DNA of 63,576 nt, filler included, from an uncultured Synergistales bacterium (GTDB lineage: Bacteria; Synergistota; Synergistia; Synergistales; Aminobacteriaceae): the NCBI GenBank assembly GCA_937897575.1. It is 6 parts of 6 records of this genome, joined end to end, with 100 filler letters (N's around TTAATTAATTAA, not from the genome) between each part and the next. Parts side by side here need not be neighbours in the genome. Positions count along the whole stretch, not along the records: positions 1 to 24,730 come from CALCQG010000119.1; 5 more parts are not named here. The stretch is one strand, 5' to 3'. The notes beneath the pieces are model-generated. The model did not search any database. It was not told the origin of the DNA and saw nothing but the letters and a program-made list of their open reading frames with translations. Of this stretch, positions 1 through 10,035 are shown in pieces (position 1 is the first letter of the stretch; each line of letters starts with the position of its first letter). The position numbers were made by a program, and so were the translations under genes.

Positions 1-86
1 GACGGGGCAGAAGCAGAATGGCCGAGAGACAGCAGAACAACAGGATCTTTTTCATCGAGCCTACCTCCTTTGTTTCTCCTTTCCCA

Positions 87-917
87 TCAGTCGACCCTCA
101 AAAGGACCAGGTCGTGATCCGGGCTCTCCCTGTTCCTGAACGACCGCGAGGGCACGCTGCCCTCCACTTCGTAGACCCGCCACGACGGACCCCGGACCAT
201 ATGGACGTACCCCACGTAGTCGAGGTTCGTCCCCCGGGCGTCGTAGCTGAAGCCGTCCTCGAGCGTGAGGAGGGGAAAATCGGCCTCGGCGTCGGGGTCG
301 TTGAAGTCCCCCAGAATGAACAGGGGTTCCCGGGCCCCCTTCGCAAAGGCGTTGAGCCGGTCGATCTGGGCGTCTCTCTTCCTCCGGCTGTACTCCAGGG
401 CCTCTCTTCGGTCTCGTTGTCCCAGCGTGGAGCTGCTCTTCAGATGTACGTTCACCATCCCGAAGCGGAAGCCGGTCCCCTTTTCGATAAAGGCCCCGTG
501 GAGAGGCGGTTTGTCGAAAAGGACGATCGATCCCCGGCGGGGGTCGCGATAGGTCTCGCCCCTGAAAATCGGGCGGACGGACCCTGCCGTCGCCACGGTG
601 TTCGTGTTCCACAGGAAGGCCAGGTCCTGCTTGCCCCGGGTGTCGTTGATGCGAAAGCTCCACCCGGGAAGGTACCGAGCCACCAGAAAGAAGAGGCTGC
701 CCTGATCGGCCACCTCCTGCAAGGCAAGGATATCGGCCTTCGAGGAGAGGATCTTCTTCGCCACGGCCTGCACCTCTTCGGGCGTGAAACGCTCCTCCCC
801 CGTGACCGAGAAGTACTCCATGTTGTACGTCCCCACCACGAGCGCCTCGCAAGGCATCGGGAGGACAAGGGCAAGAAGCACACACAGAGAGCCCGCCGCA
901 CGTCGCAACATCTGCAT
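87..917 (-). CDS. Endonuclease/exonuclease/phosphatase (EEP) family protein, probably exported
   Basis: Motifs TYNME, LQEV, NVHLKS, GDFND, LDYV, DHDLV; hydrophobic signal-peptide-like N-terminus. Confidence 0.85.
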   Translation of the reverse strand: MQMLRRAAGSLCVLLALVLPMPCEALVVGTYNMEYFSVTGEERFTPEEVQAVAKKILSSKADILALQEVADQGSLFFLVARYLPGWSFRINDTRGKQDLAFLWNTNTVATAGSVRPIFRGETYRDPRRGSIVLFDKPPLHGAFIEKGTGFRFGMVNVHLKSSSTLGQRDRREALEYSRRKRDAQIDRLNAFAKGAREPLFILGDFNDPDAEADFPLLTLEDGFSYDARGTNLDYVGYVHMVRGPSWRVYEVEGSVPSRSFRNRESPDHDLVLLRVD

Positions 918-937
918 CGTTCGTCCTCCTCCGCAGG

Positions 938-1858
938 CTAGGGGGCGGTGACCGGAATCGTCACCACAGCCCTCTTGTCCAGCATGGACTGGACCGTGGC
1001 CGAGAAGAGCGGTTCGGGGTTCACCATCTGCCCTCCGATGGCGACTCCGAAGTGCAGGTGCGGTCCCGTCGCACGCCCCGACATTCCGCTCCTGCCTATG
1101 ACCTGACCTGCGGACAGGATGTCGCCTCTTTGTACGTCGATGGCGTCGAGGTGGAAGTAGTGGGAGATGACCCGACCGCCGGAGTCCACGTAGATGCTCT
1201 TACCCGCGTAGTAGTGGTCTCCGGTGAGGATGACCTTACCGGCGAAGGCGGCGCGGACGGGCGTCCCCGTGGCCGCTCTGAAGTCCATGCCGCCGTGGTG
1301 CGTCCTCGGTTGGCCGTTCAGAATGCGGCGCCGTCCATAGGGGCTGGTGACGATCCCCGGAACGGGGCGCTCGATCGGCAGGTCCCACATCCGCTTCCCG
1401 GTGACGGTGGAGAGAGCCGACGCCGTCAGCACCCGCTCGCCCTTGATCCGATTGAGCACTGACGACGGAGGCGTCACCATGTGTTCGGGCAGAGAGAGAC
1501 GGTCCTCCACGTACTTCTTCGGGAGCACCCTGATCGCGAGCATCCGTTCCTTCTTTCCCCGAGGCGAGACGATGCGCACCCGCATGCCGTGTTCATGGGG
1601 GGCGACCTTCCCCACCTGTGTGCCGAAGAGGCCGGCGGCCACCTGCATTCCGTTCCAGTTCCGGAGGTCGAGGGGGATGGTCCGGCCCTGCCATACGGCC
1701 TCGGCCGATGTGATCGGACTCTCCGCCGTGATCCGGATGATGAATGGACTGCCCACCGAAACAGTCGGCGGATACTCGACGATGACCCTCGCCTCGGCGC
1801 ACCGGGTTGATATCCCGACGAGGAGGGCGAGAAGAAGGGCTCCGAATCGCAATCGCAC
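938..1858 (-). CDS. M23 family metallopeptidase (peptidoglycan DD-endopeptidase)
   Basis: HGGMDF, YFHL and GPHLHF motifs; GTG start at 1858 just after the pdp stop gives a signal peptide. Confidence 0.88.
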   Translation of the reverse strand: MRLRFGALLLALLVGISTRCAEARVIVEYPPTVSVGSPFIIRITAESPITSAEAVWQGRTIPLDLRNWNGMQVAAGLFGTQVGKVAPHEHGMRVRIVSPRGKKERMLAIRVLPKKYVEDRLSLPEHMVTPPSSVLNRIKGERVLTASALSTVTGKRMWDLPIERPVPGIVTSPYGRRRILNGQPRTHHGGMDFRAATGTPVRAAFAGKVILTGDHYYAGKSIYVDSGGRVISHYFHLDAIDVQRGDILSAGQVIGRSGMSGRATGPHLHFGVAIGGQMVNPEPLFSATVQSMLDKRAVVTIPVTAP

Positions 1859-1859
1859 T

Positions 1860-3170
1860 CTACCGGACTGTGCCAAGGATCGGTCCCTCTCTTTCTTCGT
1901 TCGACGGGGCAGCGCTCCCCACGGAGAAGGCTCCCTGAAAGTAGGGAAGAGCCTCCGCCAACTTCCTCTCATCGGAGAAGCGGATCTCCAACAGGGGCTC
2001 CTGGGCTTGGACGAAGGAGCCTTTTTTTCTGGTCAGGCGGACGCCCACGGAGAGGTCGATCCTGTCGGAGAGGGCCATGCGCCCGCCGCCGAGGCGTTTG
2101 ACGCCTTCGCCGATGCTCTTCGCGTCCACGGAGGTGACTACCCCCGCCCGCGGCGACAGGACCTCGAATCGCCTCTCCGCTATAGCAAGGTACTGTTCGG
2201 GGGCCGCCGTGACGCGCCCGTCACCGCCCTGAGCCTGCACCAGCTCCCTGAACTTCGCAAGGGCCGCCCCGTCCTCCAGTCTGCCCGTCACCTCCGCACG
2301 GGCCTCCTCGGAGGACATGCCGCGCCCAAGGGCGACCATGGCCGCAGCGAGCGCGACGACGACCTCCTTCACATCCGAAGGCCCTCCCCCGCGGAGGATC
2401 TGGATCGCCTCGAGGACCTCCACCGCGTTGCCGACCCAGAGGCCGAGGGGCTGATCCATGTCGGTGACGAGGGCCATGCTCTTTCTCCCGAGGGCCTTCG
2501 AGAGACGGACCAGGGCCGAGGCGAGCCCCTCGGCCTCCTCGTAGGTCCGCATAAAGGCACCGCTTCCGCACTTTACGTCGAACACGAAACCCTGGGCGCC
2601 GCCCGCTATTTTCTTGCTCACGATGCTGCTGCAGATGAGGGGCAGGGAGGGAACCGTCGCCGTGACGTCCCGCAGGGTGTAGAACTTCCCCTCCGCCGGA
2701 GCGAGCTTTGCCGAGTGTCCCGATATGGCGCAGCCCACCTCGCGCACCTGGGCCATGAACTCCCCCGGAGCAAGATGAGTTCTGAACCCGGGGATGGCCT
2801 CGAGCTTGTCCACCGTGCCCCCCGTAAAGCCGAGTCCCGGGCCGGAGAGCTTCGCCACGTGAATGCCGCAGGCGGCGGCAAGAGGAACGAGGGCCAGTGT
2901 GACCTTGTCGCCCACGCCGCCCGTGCTGTGCTTATCCACTATGGGGAATTCGTCGCCGAAGGAGAGGATGTCGCCGGACCGGGCGAGGGCGAGGGTGAAC
3001 TCCTTCAGCTCTTCGTCGTCGAGCCCCTTGAGATAGACGGCCATGAGCCAGGCTGCAGCCTGGTAGTCCCCGACCGTCCCCGCCGCGAACCGCTCCGTGA
3101 AGTCCGCGATCTCCCCGCTTCCGTGCGCGCGACCGTCCCGCTTGGTCTCAATGAATCGAAGAATGTCCAT
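1860..3170 (-). CDS. pdp: Pyrimidine-nucleoside/thymidine phosphorylase
   Basis: MDILRFIETKRDG start; DKHSTGGVGDK, TGGTVDKLE, YTLRDVTATV, SKKIA motifs. Confidence 0.95.
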   Translation of the reverse strand: MDILRFIETKRDGRAHGSGEIADFTERFAAGTVGDYQAAAWLMAVYLKGLDDEELKEFTLALARSGDILSFGDEFPIVDKHSTGGVGDKVTLALVPLAAACGIHVAKLSGPGLGFTGGTVDKLEAIPGFRTHLAPGEFMAQVREVGCAISGHSAKLAPAEGKFYTLRDVTATVPSLPLICSSIVSKKIAGGAQGFVFDVKCGSGAFMRTYEEAEGLASALVRLSKALGRKSMALVTDMDQPLGLWVGNAVEVLEAIQILRGGGPSDVKEVVVALAAAMVALGRGMSSEEARAEVTGRLEDGAALAKFRELVQAQGGDGRVTAAPEQYLAIAERRFEVLSPRAGVVTSVDAKSIGEGVKRLGGGRMALSDRIDLSVGVRLTRKKGSFVQAQEPLLEIRFSDERKLAEALPYFQGAFSVGSAAPSNEEREGPILGTVR

Positions 3171-3175
3171 GGCGA

Positions 3176-3991
3176 TCACCCGATCTCCCGCAGAAGCCCC
3201 TTCAGAAGCCGAATCAGCCGCTCCGAGGCCTTCTCCATCTCGGAGAGCACCTCTTCGGCCGTGAGCCGGACCTCCTTCATCCCTGCGGCATAGTTGGCGA
3301 CGCAGGAGAGGGCGCATACCCGCATCCCCATGGCGTTCGCCGTCACAACCTCGGGGACGGTGGACATGCCGACCACCGTCGCCCCGAGGATGCGGGCCAT
3401 TCTGATCTCCGCAGGCGTCTCGTAGGACGGCCCGGAGAAGGCGATGTACACGCCCCTCTTCAGCAGGATGCCCTCGGCTGACGCCGCTCGCTCTGCCCGC
3501 TCCATCAGGTCGCGGTCGTAGCAGAAGGTCATGTCCGGAAAGCGCGGGTTCCAGAAGGGGGTGTCGGGCCCTACAAGCGGGTTCGCCCCCATGAAGTTGA
3601 TGTGATCGTGCAGCAGCACGATGTCGCCCGGGACCAGTCCGTGATCTATACCCCCCACCGCGTTCGTGGCGATGTAGTTTCGCACCGGCCACTGCCCGAA
3701 CACCCGGACGGGGAAGACCACCTGCTCCATGGAGTACCCCTCGTAGTAGTGAACCCGCCCCTGCATGACGGCCACAAAGCGCCCTCCGGCAGAGCCGAAC
3801 ACGAGCTTGCCCGCGTGCCCCGGGGCGGTGGAGACGGGCCAACCCGGGATATGGTCGTAGGGGATCGCCGTCCTGTCCTCCAACGCCTCGGCAAAGGCAC
3901 CGAGGCCAGAGCCGAGCACGACGACCGCCTCGGGAACCCTGTCCACCCGTTTTTGCAGAAAAGCGAGGGCCTCGTTCACGCGTTCTCTCAT
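3176..3991 (-). CDS. punA: Purine-nucleoside phosphorylase (trimeric type)
   Basis: VLGSGLG, GHAG, MQGRVHYYEG, GPSYETPAE, VGMSTVPE; AGAGGAGG RBS before ATG 3991. Confidence 0.95.
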   Translation of the reverse strand: MRERVNEALAFLQKRVDRVPEAVVVLGSGLGAFAEALEDRTAIPYDHIPGWPVSTAPGHAGKLVFGSAGGRFVAVMQGRVHYYEGYSMEQVVFPVRVFGQWPVRNYIATNAVGGIDHGLVPGDIVLLHDHINFMGANPLVGPDTPFWNPRFPDMTFCYDRDLMERAERAASAEGILLKRGVYIAFSGPSYETPAEIRMARILGATVVGMSTVPEVVTANAMGMRVCALSCVANYAAGMKEVRLTAEEVLSEMEKASERLIRLLKGLLREIG

Positions 3992-4022
3992 TCTTCGTGC
4001 CTCCTCTTGATATCCGTTCCCG

Positions 4023-4916
4023 TCACGCTCTGGGATGACACGTGTCGTACACATCCCGCAGCTCGCTGTCGAAGTGCAGGTACTTGGCCGTGGTGCCTAT
4101 GGAGGAGTGGCCCAGGAGCTCCTGCAGTGTGCGCTGATCCATCCCCCGACGGAGGAGGTGGGTCGCGAAACTGTGCCTGAGGACATGGGGGTGCAGACGG
4201 GCGACGGGGATGCCGGCCTCTTTGCCTCTCCTCTGAACGATCCGCCATACATCCTCCCTCGTCAGCGGAGTACCGCTCCGCGTGAGAAAGAGCACGTCGC
4301 CGCCCTGCTTCGCAAGCGACGGTCGTGCCCGGTCGAGATAGTTCCGCACATGGTCGCTCGCCTCCCCGAGAAAAGGGACCATCCGCTCCTTGTCGCCCTT
4401 ACCCCGTACCCGAAGGAGGCGCGACGAGAAATCCAGGCTCCCCATCCGGAGGGAGCAGAGCTCACTCGCCCTGAGCCCGCACCCGTACGCCATCTCAAGG
4501 AGCGCCCTGTCCCGGATATCGAGAGGTTTCTCCCCGTCGCATGCCTTCAGAAGCCGCTCCACCTCTCCCTCGCTCAGGATCTGCGGCAGGCGGCTCTCCC
4601 TGCCCGGAAGGGCCGGCAGATCCACGTCGTCGGTGAGAATCCCCTCCTGGCGGAGGTAACGGGTCCATGTCCGGAGAGCGGCGACGATCCGCTGCCGCGA
4701 CGCCGGGCTTCTGGCTCCGAGGGCGAGGCTCCGCTGAAAGCGGGAGAAGGAGGCCCCGTCAGGAAGGTACGAGGGGCTCCCCTCTTTTCTGCAGAACTCC
4801 TCCCACAGGAGCAGATCCCTCCTGTAGGCCTCGGCCGTATTGTGGCTCAATCCCCGCTCCAGCAGAAGGTATCCGAGGAACTGATCCACCAGCGTGTCGA
4901 AGTCGTGCAATGTCAT
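4023..4916 (-). CDS. xerD: Site-specific tyrosine recombinase, XerD-like
   Basis: ERGLSHNTAEAYRRDL N-domain; catalytic R-K-H-R-H-Y in GLRASEL, GKGDKER, HVLRHSFATHLL, LGH, KY; NUDIX-xerD-PNP-pdp synteny. Confidence 0.9.
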   Translation of the reverse strand: MTLHDFDTLVDQFLGYLLLERGLSHNTAEAYRRDLLLWEEFCRKEGSPSYLPDGASFSRFQRSLALGARSPASRQRIVAALRTWTRYLRQEGILTDDVDLPALPGRESRLPQILSEGEVERLLKACDGEKPLDIRDRALLEMAYGCGLRASELCSLRMGSLDFSSRLLRVRGKGDKERMVPFLGEASDHVRNYLDRARPSLAKQGGDVLFLTRSGTPLTREDVWRIVQRRGKEAGIPVARLHPHVLRHSFATHLLRRGMDQRTLQELLGHSSIGTTAKYLHFDSELRDVYDTCHPRA

Positions 4917-5078
4917 GATTGCCGTTCATGCTACCATAAAACCGGAGCGAGGACATCGGGGAAACATGCAAAAAGAGGCCGACGACCCATACGGCGCACC
5001 CCCGAGCGCGGCAGAGGGCCGGCGTCGGGGGTGCGTTTGCGATGATCGTGTCTGTCGCGATCCGGGAGCCTTCCCGCC

Positions 5079-5618
5079 TTACGACGGCCTCCTGAAGGCA
5101 AGAAACCAGGAGAGGGCGGTGAAGGTCTTTCCGTCCACGATATCCCCTCTTCGGAGAAGGGGCGCGATCTCCTCCAGGGCGACGGGGTGGACCTGGATGT
5201 TCTCGTCGTCGTCGGGCTGCAGCCTCGACGGGCAGAGGCCCTCGGCCAGATAGAGCACGAGGAGCTCCGTGCTGAACCCGGGGGAGTTGTACATCCGGCC
5301 TATCTCCGTCAGCGTATCCGGGTAGAAGCCGATCTCCTCCTGCAGCTCCCTTCGGGCCGCCGCTTCGAAGGGCTCCCCCTGCTCCACGAGCCCGGCGGGA
5401 ATCTCGAGCATCTCCCGTCCGACGGCATACCGAAACTGCCGGATGAGCAGTATCTGCCCGCTGCTGGACAGAGGCAGCATCGCCACGGCCGGGGCGTGTT
5501 CCACGACTTCGCGGACGGCCTTCCTCCCGTTCGGGAGCCCCACCTTGTCGATCCGCAGGTCGAGGATCTTTCCCCTGTATGCGACGCTGCCGGAGAGCTT
5601 CTTCTCCCTGTTCTCCAT
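5079..5618 (-). CDS. nudF: NUDIX hydrolase (ADP-ribose pyrophosphatase-like)
   Basis: Nudix box GLVEQGEPFEAAARRELQEEIG; REVVEH, RQFRY, SPGF, DGKT. Confidence 0.88.
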   Translation of the reverse strand: MENREKKLSGSVAYRGKILDLRIDKVGLPNGRKAVREVVEHAPAVAMLPLSSSGQILLIRQFRYAVGREMLEIPAGLVEQGEPFEAAARRELQEEIGFYPDTLTEIGRMYNSPGFSTELLVLYLAEGLCPSRLQPDDDENIQVHPVALEEIAPLLRRGDIVDGKTFTALSWFLAFRRPS

Positions 5619-5625
5619 GAAGCAA

Positions 5626-6186
5626 TCAGCGGCCGAGGACGGCTCTGGCGATCTCCTTCCCTCGTTCGTAGGCATGGAGGTTCATGGGGAGCAGTTTTGG
5701 CTTCTTCGTTCCCAGCTTCTCCTTGATGGTCTCGATACAGACGTCGTCCGCGACGATCTTACTCGACTCCACCACGGCTCCCAAAAGGATGATGTTCGGA
5801 ATTCTGTCGCTCCCGAGCTCGGCGGCGACCGTCGACGCCGGCACGCCGACGGGGACAATGTCCGTCCGCTCTCCCGAGTACTCCACCATATCGCTGTTAT
5901 AGACGAGCACACCGCCCGGCTTGATCCTGTCGATAAACTTCGAGAGGGAGGGCTGGTTCATGACCACGAGGACGTCGGCCTCGGCCACGACAGGAGACCC
6001 TATCTCATCCTCCGAGAGGACGACCCCGCAGTTCGCCGTCCCGCCCCGCATCTCAGGGCCGTAGGAGGGGATCCACGTGACATACCGCCCTTCGGCGATC
6101 CCCGTGTAGGCGACCAGCTGCCCGAGCACCATCACACCCTGACCGCCGAAGCCGGCGGCAAGGAGGGTCTTGAAATAACTGGACAT
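5626..6186 (-). CDS. 2-oxoacid:ferredoxin oxidoreductase gamma subunit
   Basis: AGFGGQGV, PSYGPEMRGGTANC motifs. Confidence 0.93.
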   Translation of the reverse strand: MSSYFKTLLAAGFGGQGVMVLGQLVAYTGIAEGRYVTWIPSYGPEMRGGTANCGVVLSEDEIGSPVVAEADVLVVMNQPSLSKFIDRIKPGGVLVYNSDMVEYSGERTDIVPVGVPASTVAAELGSDRIPNIILLGAVVESSKIVADDVCIETIKEKLGTKKPKLLPMNLHAYERGKEIARAVLGR

Positions 6187-6203
6187 TCTTTCTTCCCCCT
6201 TCC

Positions 6204-6950
6204 CTACTCGAAGTCCTTGAAGGTCCCCAGCGGGTAATAGGGCACCATTTCGTCCATGAGCCACTGGAAGGCCTCCACCGGGCGAAGCCCCCAGTTGGTC
6301 GGGCACGTGGAGAGGACCTCCACCAGGGAGAAGCCCTTGCCCTCCATCTGATTCTGGAAGGCCTTCTTGATGGCCTGCTTCGCCTTGATGATGTACTTCG
6401 GCTGGGAGAGGGTCACCCTCGTGATGTAGCCCGGTGCCGGCAGGGTGGCCAGCATCTCGCTCACCCGGATGGGGTATCCGCTGACGGCCACATCGCGCCC
6501 GAGGGGGCACGTGGTCGCCTTCTGTCCGATAAGGGTCGTGGGCGCCATCTGTCCGCCGGTCATGCCGTAGATGGCGTTGTTGATGAAGATGACCGTGAGG
6601 TTCATGCCGCGGTTCGCGGCGTGGACGATCTCGCCCATGCCGATGGAGGCGAGGTCGCCGTCTCCCTGGTAGGTGAAGACGATCTTGTCGGGGCGCACCG
6701 TCTTGATGCCCGTCGCCACCGCCGGGGCCCGTCCATGGGGGGCCTCGCAGAAGTCCGTCTCGATGTAGTCGTATATCATGGCCGCGCACCCCACGGGCGC
6801 AAGACCGATGGTGTCGTTCTGTATCCCCAGCTCGTCGATGGACTCGCAGACGAGCCGGTGAGCTATGCCGTGGCCGCACCCCGGGCAGTAGTGGCTGCTC
6901 ACGTCGGGCGTCCATGTTTTGGGTCGTTCGTACACGGTGATCTCGCTCAT
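6204..6950 (-). CDS. 2-oxoacid:ferredoxin oxidoreductase beta subunit (TPP-binding; VOR-like)
   Basis: YCPGCGHG, PVGC, YQGDGDLA..NNAIYGMTGGQ, STCPTNW. Confidence 0.93.
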   Translation of the reverse strand: MSEITVYERPKTWTPDVSSHYCPGCGHGIAHRLVCESIDELGIQNDTIGLAPVGCAAMIYDYIETDFCEAPHGRAPAVATGIKTVRPDKIVFTYQGDGDLASIGMGEIVHAANRGMNLTVIFINNAIYGMTGGQMAPTTLIGQKATTCPLGRDVAVSGYPIRVSEMLATLPAPGYITRVTLSQPKYIIKAKQAIKKAFQNQMEGKGFSLVEVLSTCPTNWGLRPVEAFQWLMDEMVPYYPLGTFKDFE

Positions 6951-6966
6951 GATACTCCCCCTCCCC

Positions 6967-8028
6967 TCACAAGCTGAGAAGCTTCTCGCACTGCTCCTCT
7001 ATCTCCCTGACCGAAGGGGAAATGCCTCCGGTCCGGCCGTAGAAGGAGACGGGGTACGCACACCCCGTGGCGACTTTCACATCGTCCACCATCTGCCCGG
7101 CGTTCATCTCGGCCACCAGGATCCGCTTCACCGTGCCCGGAATCGTCTTGAAAGCCTCCCGCGGGTAGGGCCACAGGGTGATGGGGCGGATCATACCGAC
7201 CTTCTTGCCCTTATTGCGGAGGTTGTTCACCGCCGACCGGCAGATTCTGGCCGTCGTCCCGTAGGCCGCTATCAGGACCTCGGCGTCCTCCATGCGGTAG
7301 CATTCGCACCGCTGCTCCGCGTCCCTGATGGCTTGATATTTCTTCTGGAGCTTTTGGTTATGATCCTCGAGCGGTTCCGGCGCGAGGTAGAGGCTGTGCA
7401 GGAGGCTCTTCCTGCCGCCCCGCTCCCTCATGAACCCGAGGGCCCACGTTGTGTCGGGCTTTTGGTCCCTTGTGGGGCTGGGTTTCACTTCAACGGCCTC
7501 CATCATCTGCCCCATGAATCCATCCGCCGCGACCATCACGGGGTTCCGGTACTTCTGGGCCAGATCGAAGGCCGCCTGGGTCAGGTCCACGCACTCCTGG
7601 AGCGTGCTCGGCGCGAGGACGATCATATTGTAATCCCCGTTCCCGCCGCCCTTCGTCACCTGGAGGTAGTCCGCCTGCCCCGGGAGGATACCGCCGAGCC
7701 CGGGCCCGGCCCGCATGACGTTTACGATCACCGCGGGAATCTCACACCCCGCGATGTAGGATATCCCCTCGGACATGAGGGAGATACCCGGGCTCGAGGA
7801 GGAGGTCATGACGCGATACCCCGTCGAACCGCCCCCCATGAGCATATTGATGGAGGCTACCTCGCTCTCGGCCTGGACGTACCGCCCCCCCACCTCGGGG
7901 AGTCGGGCGGACATGTACTCGGGGATCTCGTTCTGCGGCGTGATCGGGTACCCGAAAAAGTATTTGCACCCGGCCTGAATCGCCGCCTCCGCGATTGCCT
8001 CAGTCCCTTTCATCAGCACTCGTGCCAT
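6967..8028 (-). CDS. 2-oxoacid:ferredoxin oxidoreductase alpha subunit (VorB-like, ketoisovalerate type likely)
   Basis: GYPITPQNE, QAESE, TSSSSPG, EMNAGQM. Confidence 0.93.
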   Translation of the reverse strand: MARVLMKGTEAIAEAAIQAGCKYFFGYPITPQNEIPEYMSARLPEVGGRYVQAESEVASINMLMGGGSTGYRVMTSSSSPGISLMSEGISYIAGCEIPAVIVNVMRAGPGLGGILPGQADYLQVTKGGGNGDYNMIVLAPSTLQECVDLTQAAFDLAQKYRNPVMVAADGFMGQMMEAVEVKPSPTRDQKPDTTWALGFMRERGGRKSLLHSLYLAPEPLEDHNQKLQKKYQAIRDAEQRCECYRMEDAEVLIAAYGTTARICRSAVNNLRNKGKKVGMIRPITLWPYPREAFKTIPGTVKRILVAEMNAGQMVDDVKVATGCAYPVSFYGRTGGISPSVREIEEQCEKLLSL

Positions 8029-8052
8029 CGGTTCATCACCTCCGAGACAAAA

Positions 8053-8268
8053 TTATTCCTGCTCCTTGAACACCTGAATCGCCGCGTCGGGACAGGAGAC
8101 GGCGCACATGGCGCACCCGATGCACCCCTCCGTGAACTGCTCAACAGGGCGATACCCCTTGGCGTTGGTCCGCTCCGAAATCCGGAGCACCTTCTTCGGA
8201 CAGGCCGCCACACATAACCCGCAGCTCTTGCAGTACTGTTCAAGAACGGTGATGCGTCCTTTCGCCAT
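8053..8268 (-). CDS. 4Fe-4S dicluster ferredoxin (oxidoreductase delta subunit)
   Basis: Two CxxCxxCxxxCP motifs. Confidence 0.93.
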   Translation of the reverse strand: MAKGRITVLEQYCKSCGLCVAACPKKVLRISERTNAKGYRPVEQFTEGCIGCAMCAVSCPDAAIQVFKEQE

Positions 8269-8308
8269 ACCCTCTGCACCCCTTCCTGTAAAATAACGGC
8301 TCGCGATT

Positions 8309-9082
8309 TCAGCCTCTGGACCACATGGCGCCCTCTTCCCAAGGGAGCATCATATATCGCGACAGCGGCCACAACGGAACGGGGATCTCCTCCCTCGCCC
8401 GGACCGCTTCGGCCTCCGCCAGAAGATTCGCCGTGACGCCCCCGTAGAGGACGGGGAGGTTCAAAGCGGTCCCTGCTTCGTAAACGGATTTCAGGCCGTG
8501 CACGCAGTCCTCCGCCGTAGTCTCGTCCATAAGGTGCGAGTTGCTGATGAGCGCCCCGACGGACAGGCCGCAGATGTTCTCCATCTTCCGGAGCATGGAG
8601 GCGATGCCGTCGACGGTGGATGTCTGAGGCCTGAACGCGTTCACCACGAGGATGAGCAGATACCCCTCCCGCCGGATGTCCGGTTCGAACTGTTTCAGGG
8701 CCAGCGCTCCCTCGGCGTCCCCCCCGATGTCCATGAGCAGGCGCCCGTCGCGGCCGAGCGCTCGCGAAATCTGCGGCGAGACGATGGACATGTCGGACCA
8801 CTTCGCGTTCTCGGGGGCCGTAATGACGGTGAAACCTTTTTTAGCAAGCTGTTCGGTGACCTGCCGTATGCAGAAATAGGGGTTGATGATGTCGATGTCG
8901 GCTATGGTGACCTGCTCGCCCAGGCTGTGGAATCCCAGGGCGAGGTTAAGAACCCACTCCGTCTTGCCCGAGCCAAGGGCTCCGGTGACGGCGACGGTCT
9001 TGGGCCATCCGGACTCAGGAGAGTCCGGATCTTTATAGAGGGTCATGAGATTGCGGTACACTCCGAGGTCAGGCTCGATCAA
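8309..9082 (-). CDS. Uncharacterised P-loop NTPase (MinD/CobQ-like nucleotide-binding domain)
   Basis: Walker A GALGSGKTE, DIDIINPYF, DIGGD; TTG start at 9082 overlaps the fmt TGA. Confidence 0.8.
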   Translation of the reverse strand: MIEPDLGVYRNLMTLYKDPDSPESGWPKTVAVTGALGSGKTEWVLNLALGFHSLGEQVTIADIDIINPYFCIRQVTEQLAKKGFTVITAPENAKWSDMSIVSPQISRALGRDGRLLMDIGGDAEGALALKQFEPDIRREGYLLILVVNAFRPQTSTVDGIASMLRKMENICGLSVGALISNSHLMDETTAEDCVHGLKSVYEAGTALNLPVLYGGVTANLLAEAEAVRAREEIPVPLWPLSRYMMLPWEEGAMWSRG

Positions 9083-10035
9083 TGGAGCACCCCCTTCGTC
9101 TGCAACCGGACGCCTCGCGCCCACTCGCCCCCATCCATCCGTTTCTTGCCCTCCGGCTGTACGGAGCGAAGCACAAGGGCGCCATCCTCCATCCCTATCA
9201 CGGGACACCCTCCCTCAAACCCGAGAACCTGCCCGGGCGTGCCGCGGAGGGGTGAAACGGCAGCCTCCCACACCTTCAGTCGTTTTCCGTCCACCTGGAC
9301 GAACGCTCCGGGGGCCGGGTTCAACGCCCGAATGAGGTTCAGCGCGGTGCGGGTCGGCGAATGCCAGAAAAATTCCGCTTCATTGTTCGCAATTTTCGGT
9401 GCATAACTGACGGATTCGGAATTCTGATCAGTAAACGAACAACTGCCTTCAATAAGGCATTGTACTCCTTTCTGGTACAATTTGCCACCTCTCGCCGCAA
9501 GAACATCAAGCACCTCACCGGCCGTCTCGTGACCGGCCAGGCAGAGGTCGTCCTGGAAGAGGATCGGGCCGGCGTCCATCTCCTCGACCAGGCGGAAGAG
9601 GGTTACGCCTGTCCGATCATCCCCGTTCATCAGGGCTCGCTGTACGGGCGCCGCCCCCCGGTATCGTGGCAGGAGAGAGGGGTGAATGTTGAGACAGCCG
9701 TGAAGAGGGGTCGACAGGAAGGGTTCACGAATCTTCTGTCCGAAGTCCACGACGAGAATCGAGTGAGGGCGCGATCGTTCCAGCGCCTTCAGCAGCTCTT
9801 CGTCCGAGGCTACGCTCCGGGATCGGTGCAGGGGGATGCCGCGCTCGGCGCAGAGCTCCTCCACGGGGGACAGAATCTGCTTCAGTCCCCGCCCGCCAAG
9901 AGAGGGGGGGGACGTCACCACCAGGGAAAAACGCAGAGAGTTCGTGAGAAGGGCGAGGCTACGTGCGGCAAAGGTTCCGGTCCCGAAGAACCAGAGCTCC
10001 GGGACCTCCCGAATGGGAAGGACTATGTCCTCCAT
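9079..10035 (-). CDS. fmt: Methionyl-tRNA formyltransferase
   Basis: FFGTGTFA, NIHPSLLPRYRGAAP, MDAG, YAPKI. Confidence 0.95.
   Translation of the reverse strand: MEDIVLPIREVPELWFFGTGTFAARSLALLTNSLRFSLVVTSPPSLGGRGLKQILSPVEELCAERGIPLHRSRSVASDEELLKALERSRPHSILVVDFGQKIREPFLSTPLHGCLNIHPSLLPRYRGAAPVQRALMNGDDRTGVTLFRLVEEMDAGPILFQDDLCLAGHETAGEVLDVLAARGGKLYQKGVQCLIEGSCSFTDQNSESVSYAPKIANNEAEFFWHSPTRTALNLIRALNPAPGAFVQVDGKRLKVWEAAVSPLRGTPGQVLGFEGGCPVIGMEDGALVLRSVQPEGKKRMDGGEWARGVRLQTKGVLH

Noticed and set aside
4023..4916. Tyrosine recombinase as a phage/ICE integrase
   Set aside because: XerD-like size and sequence in a housekeeping context; no att sites or cargo seen.
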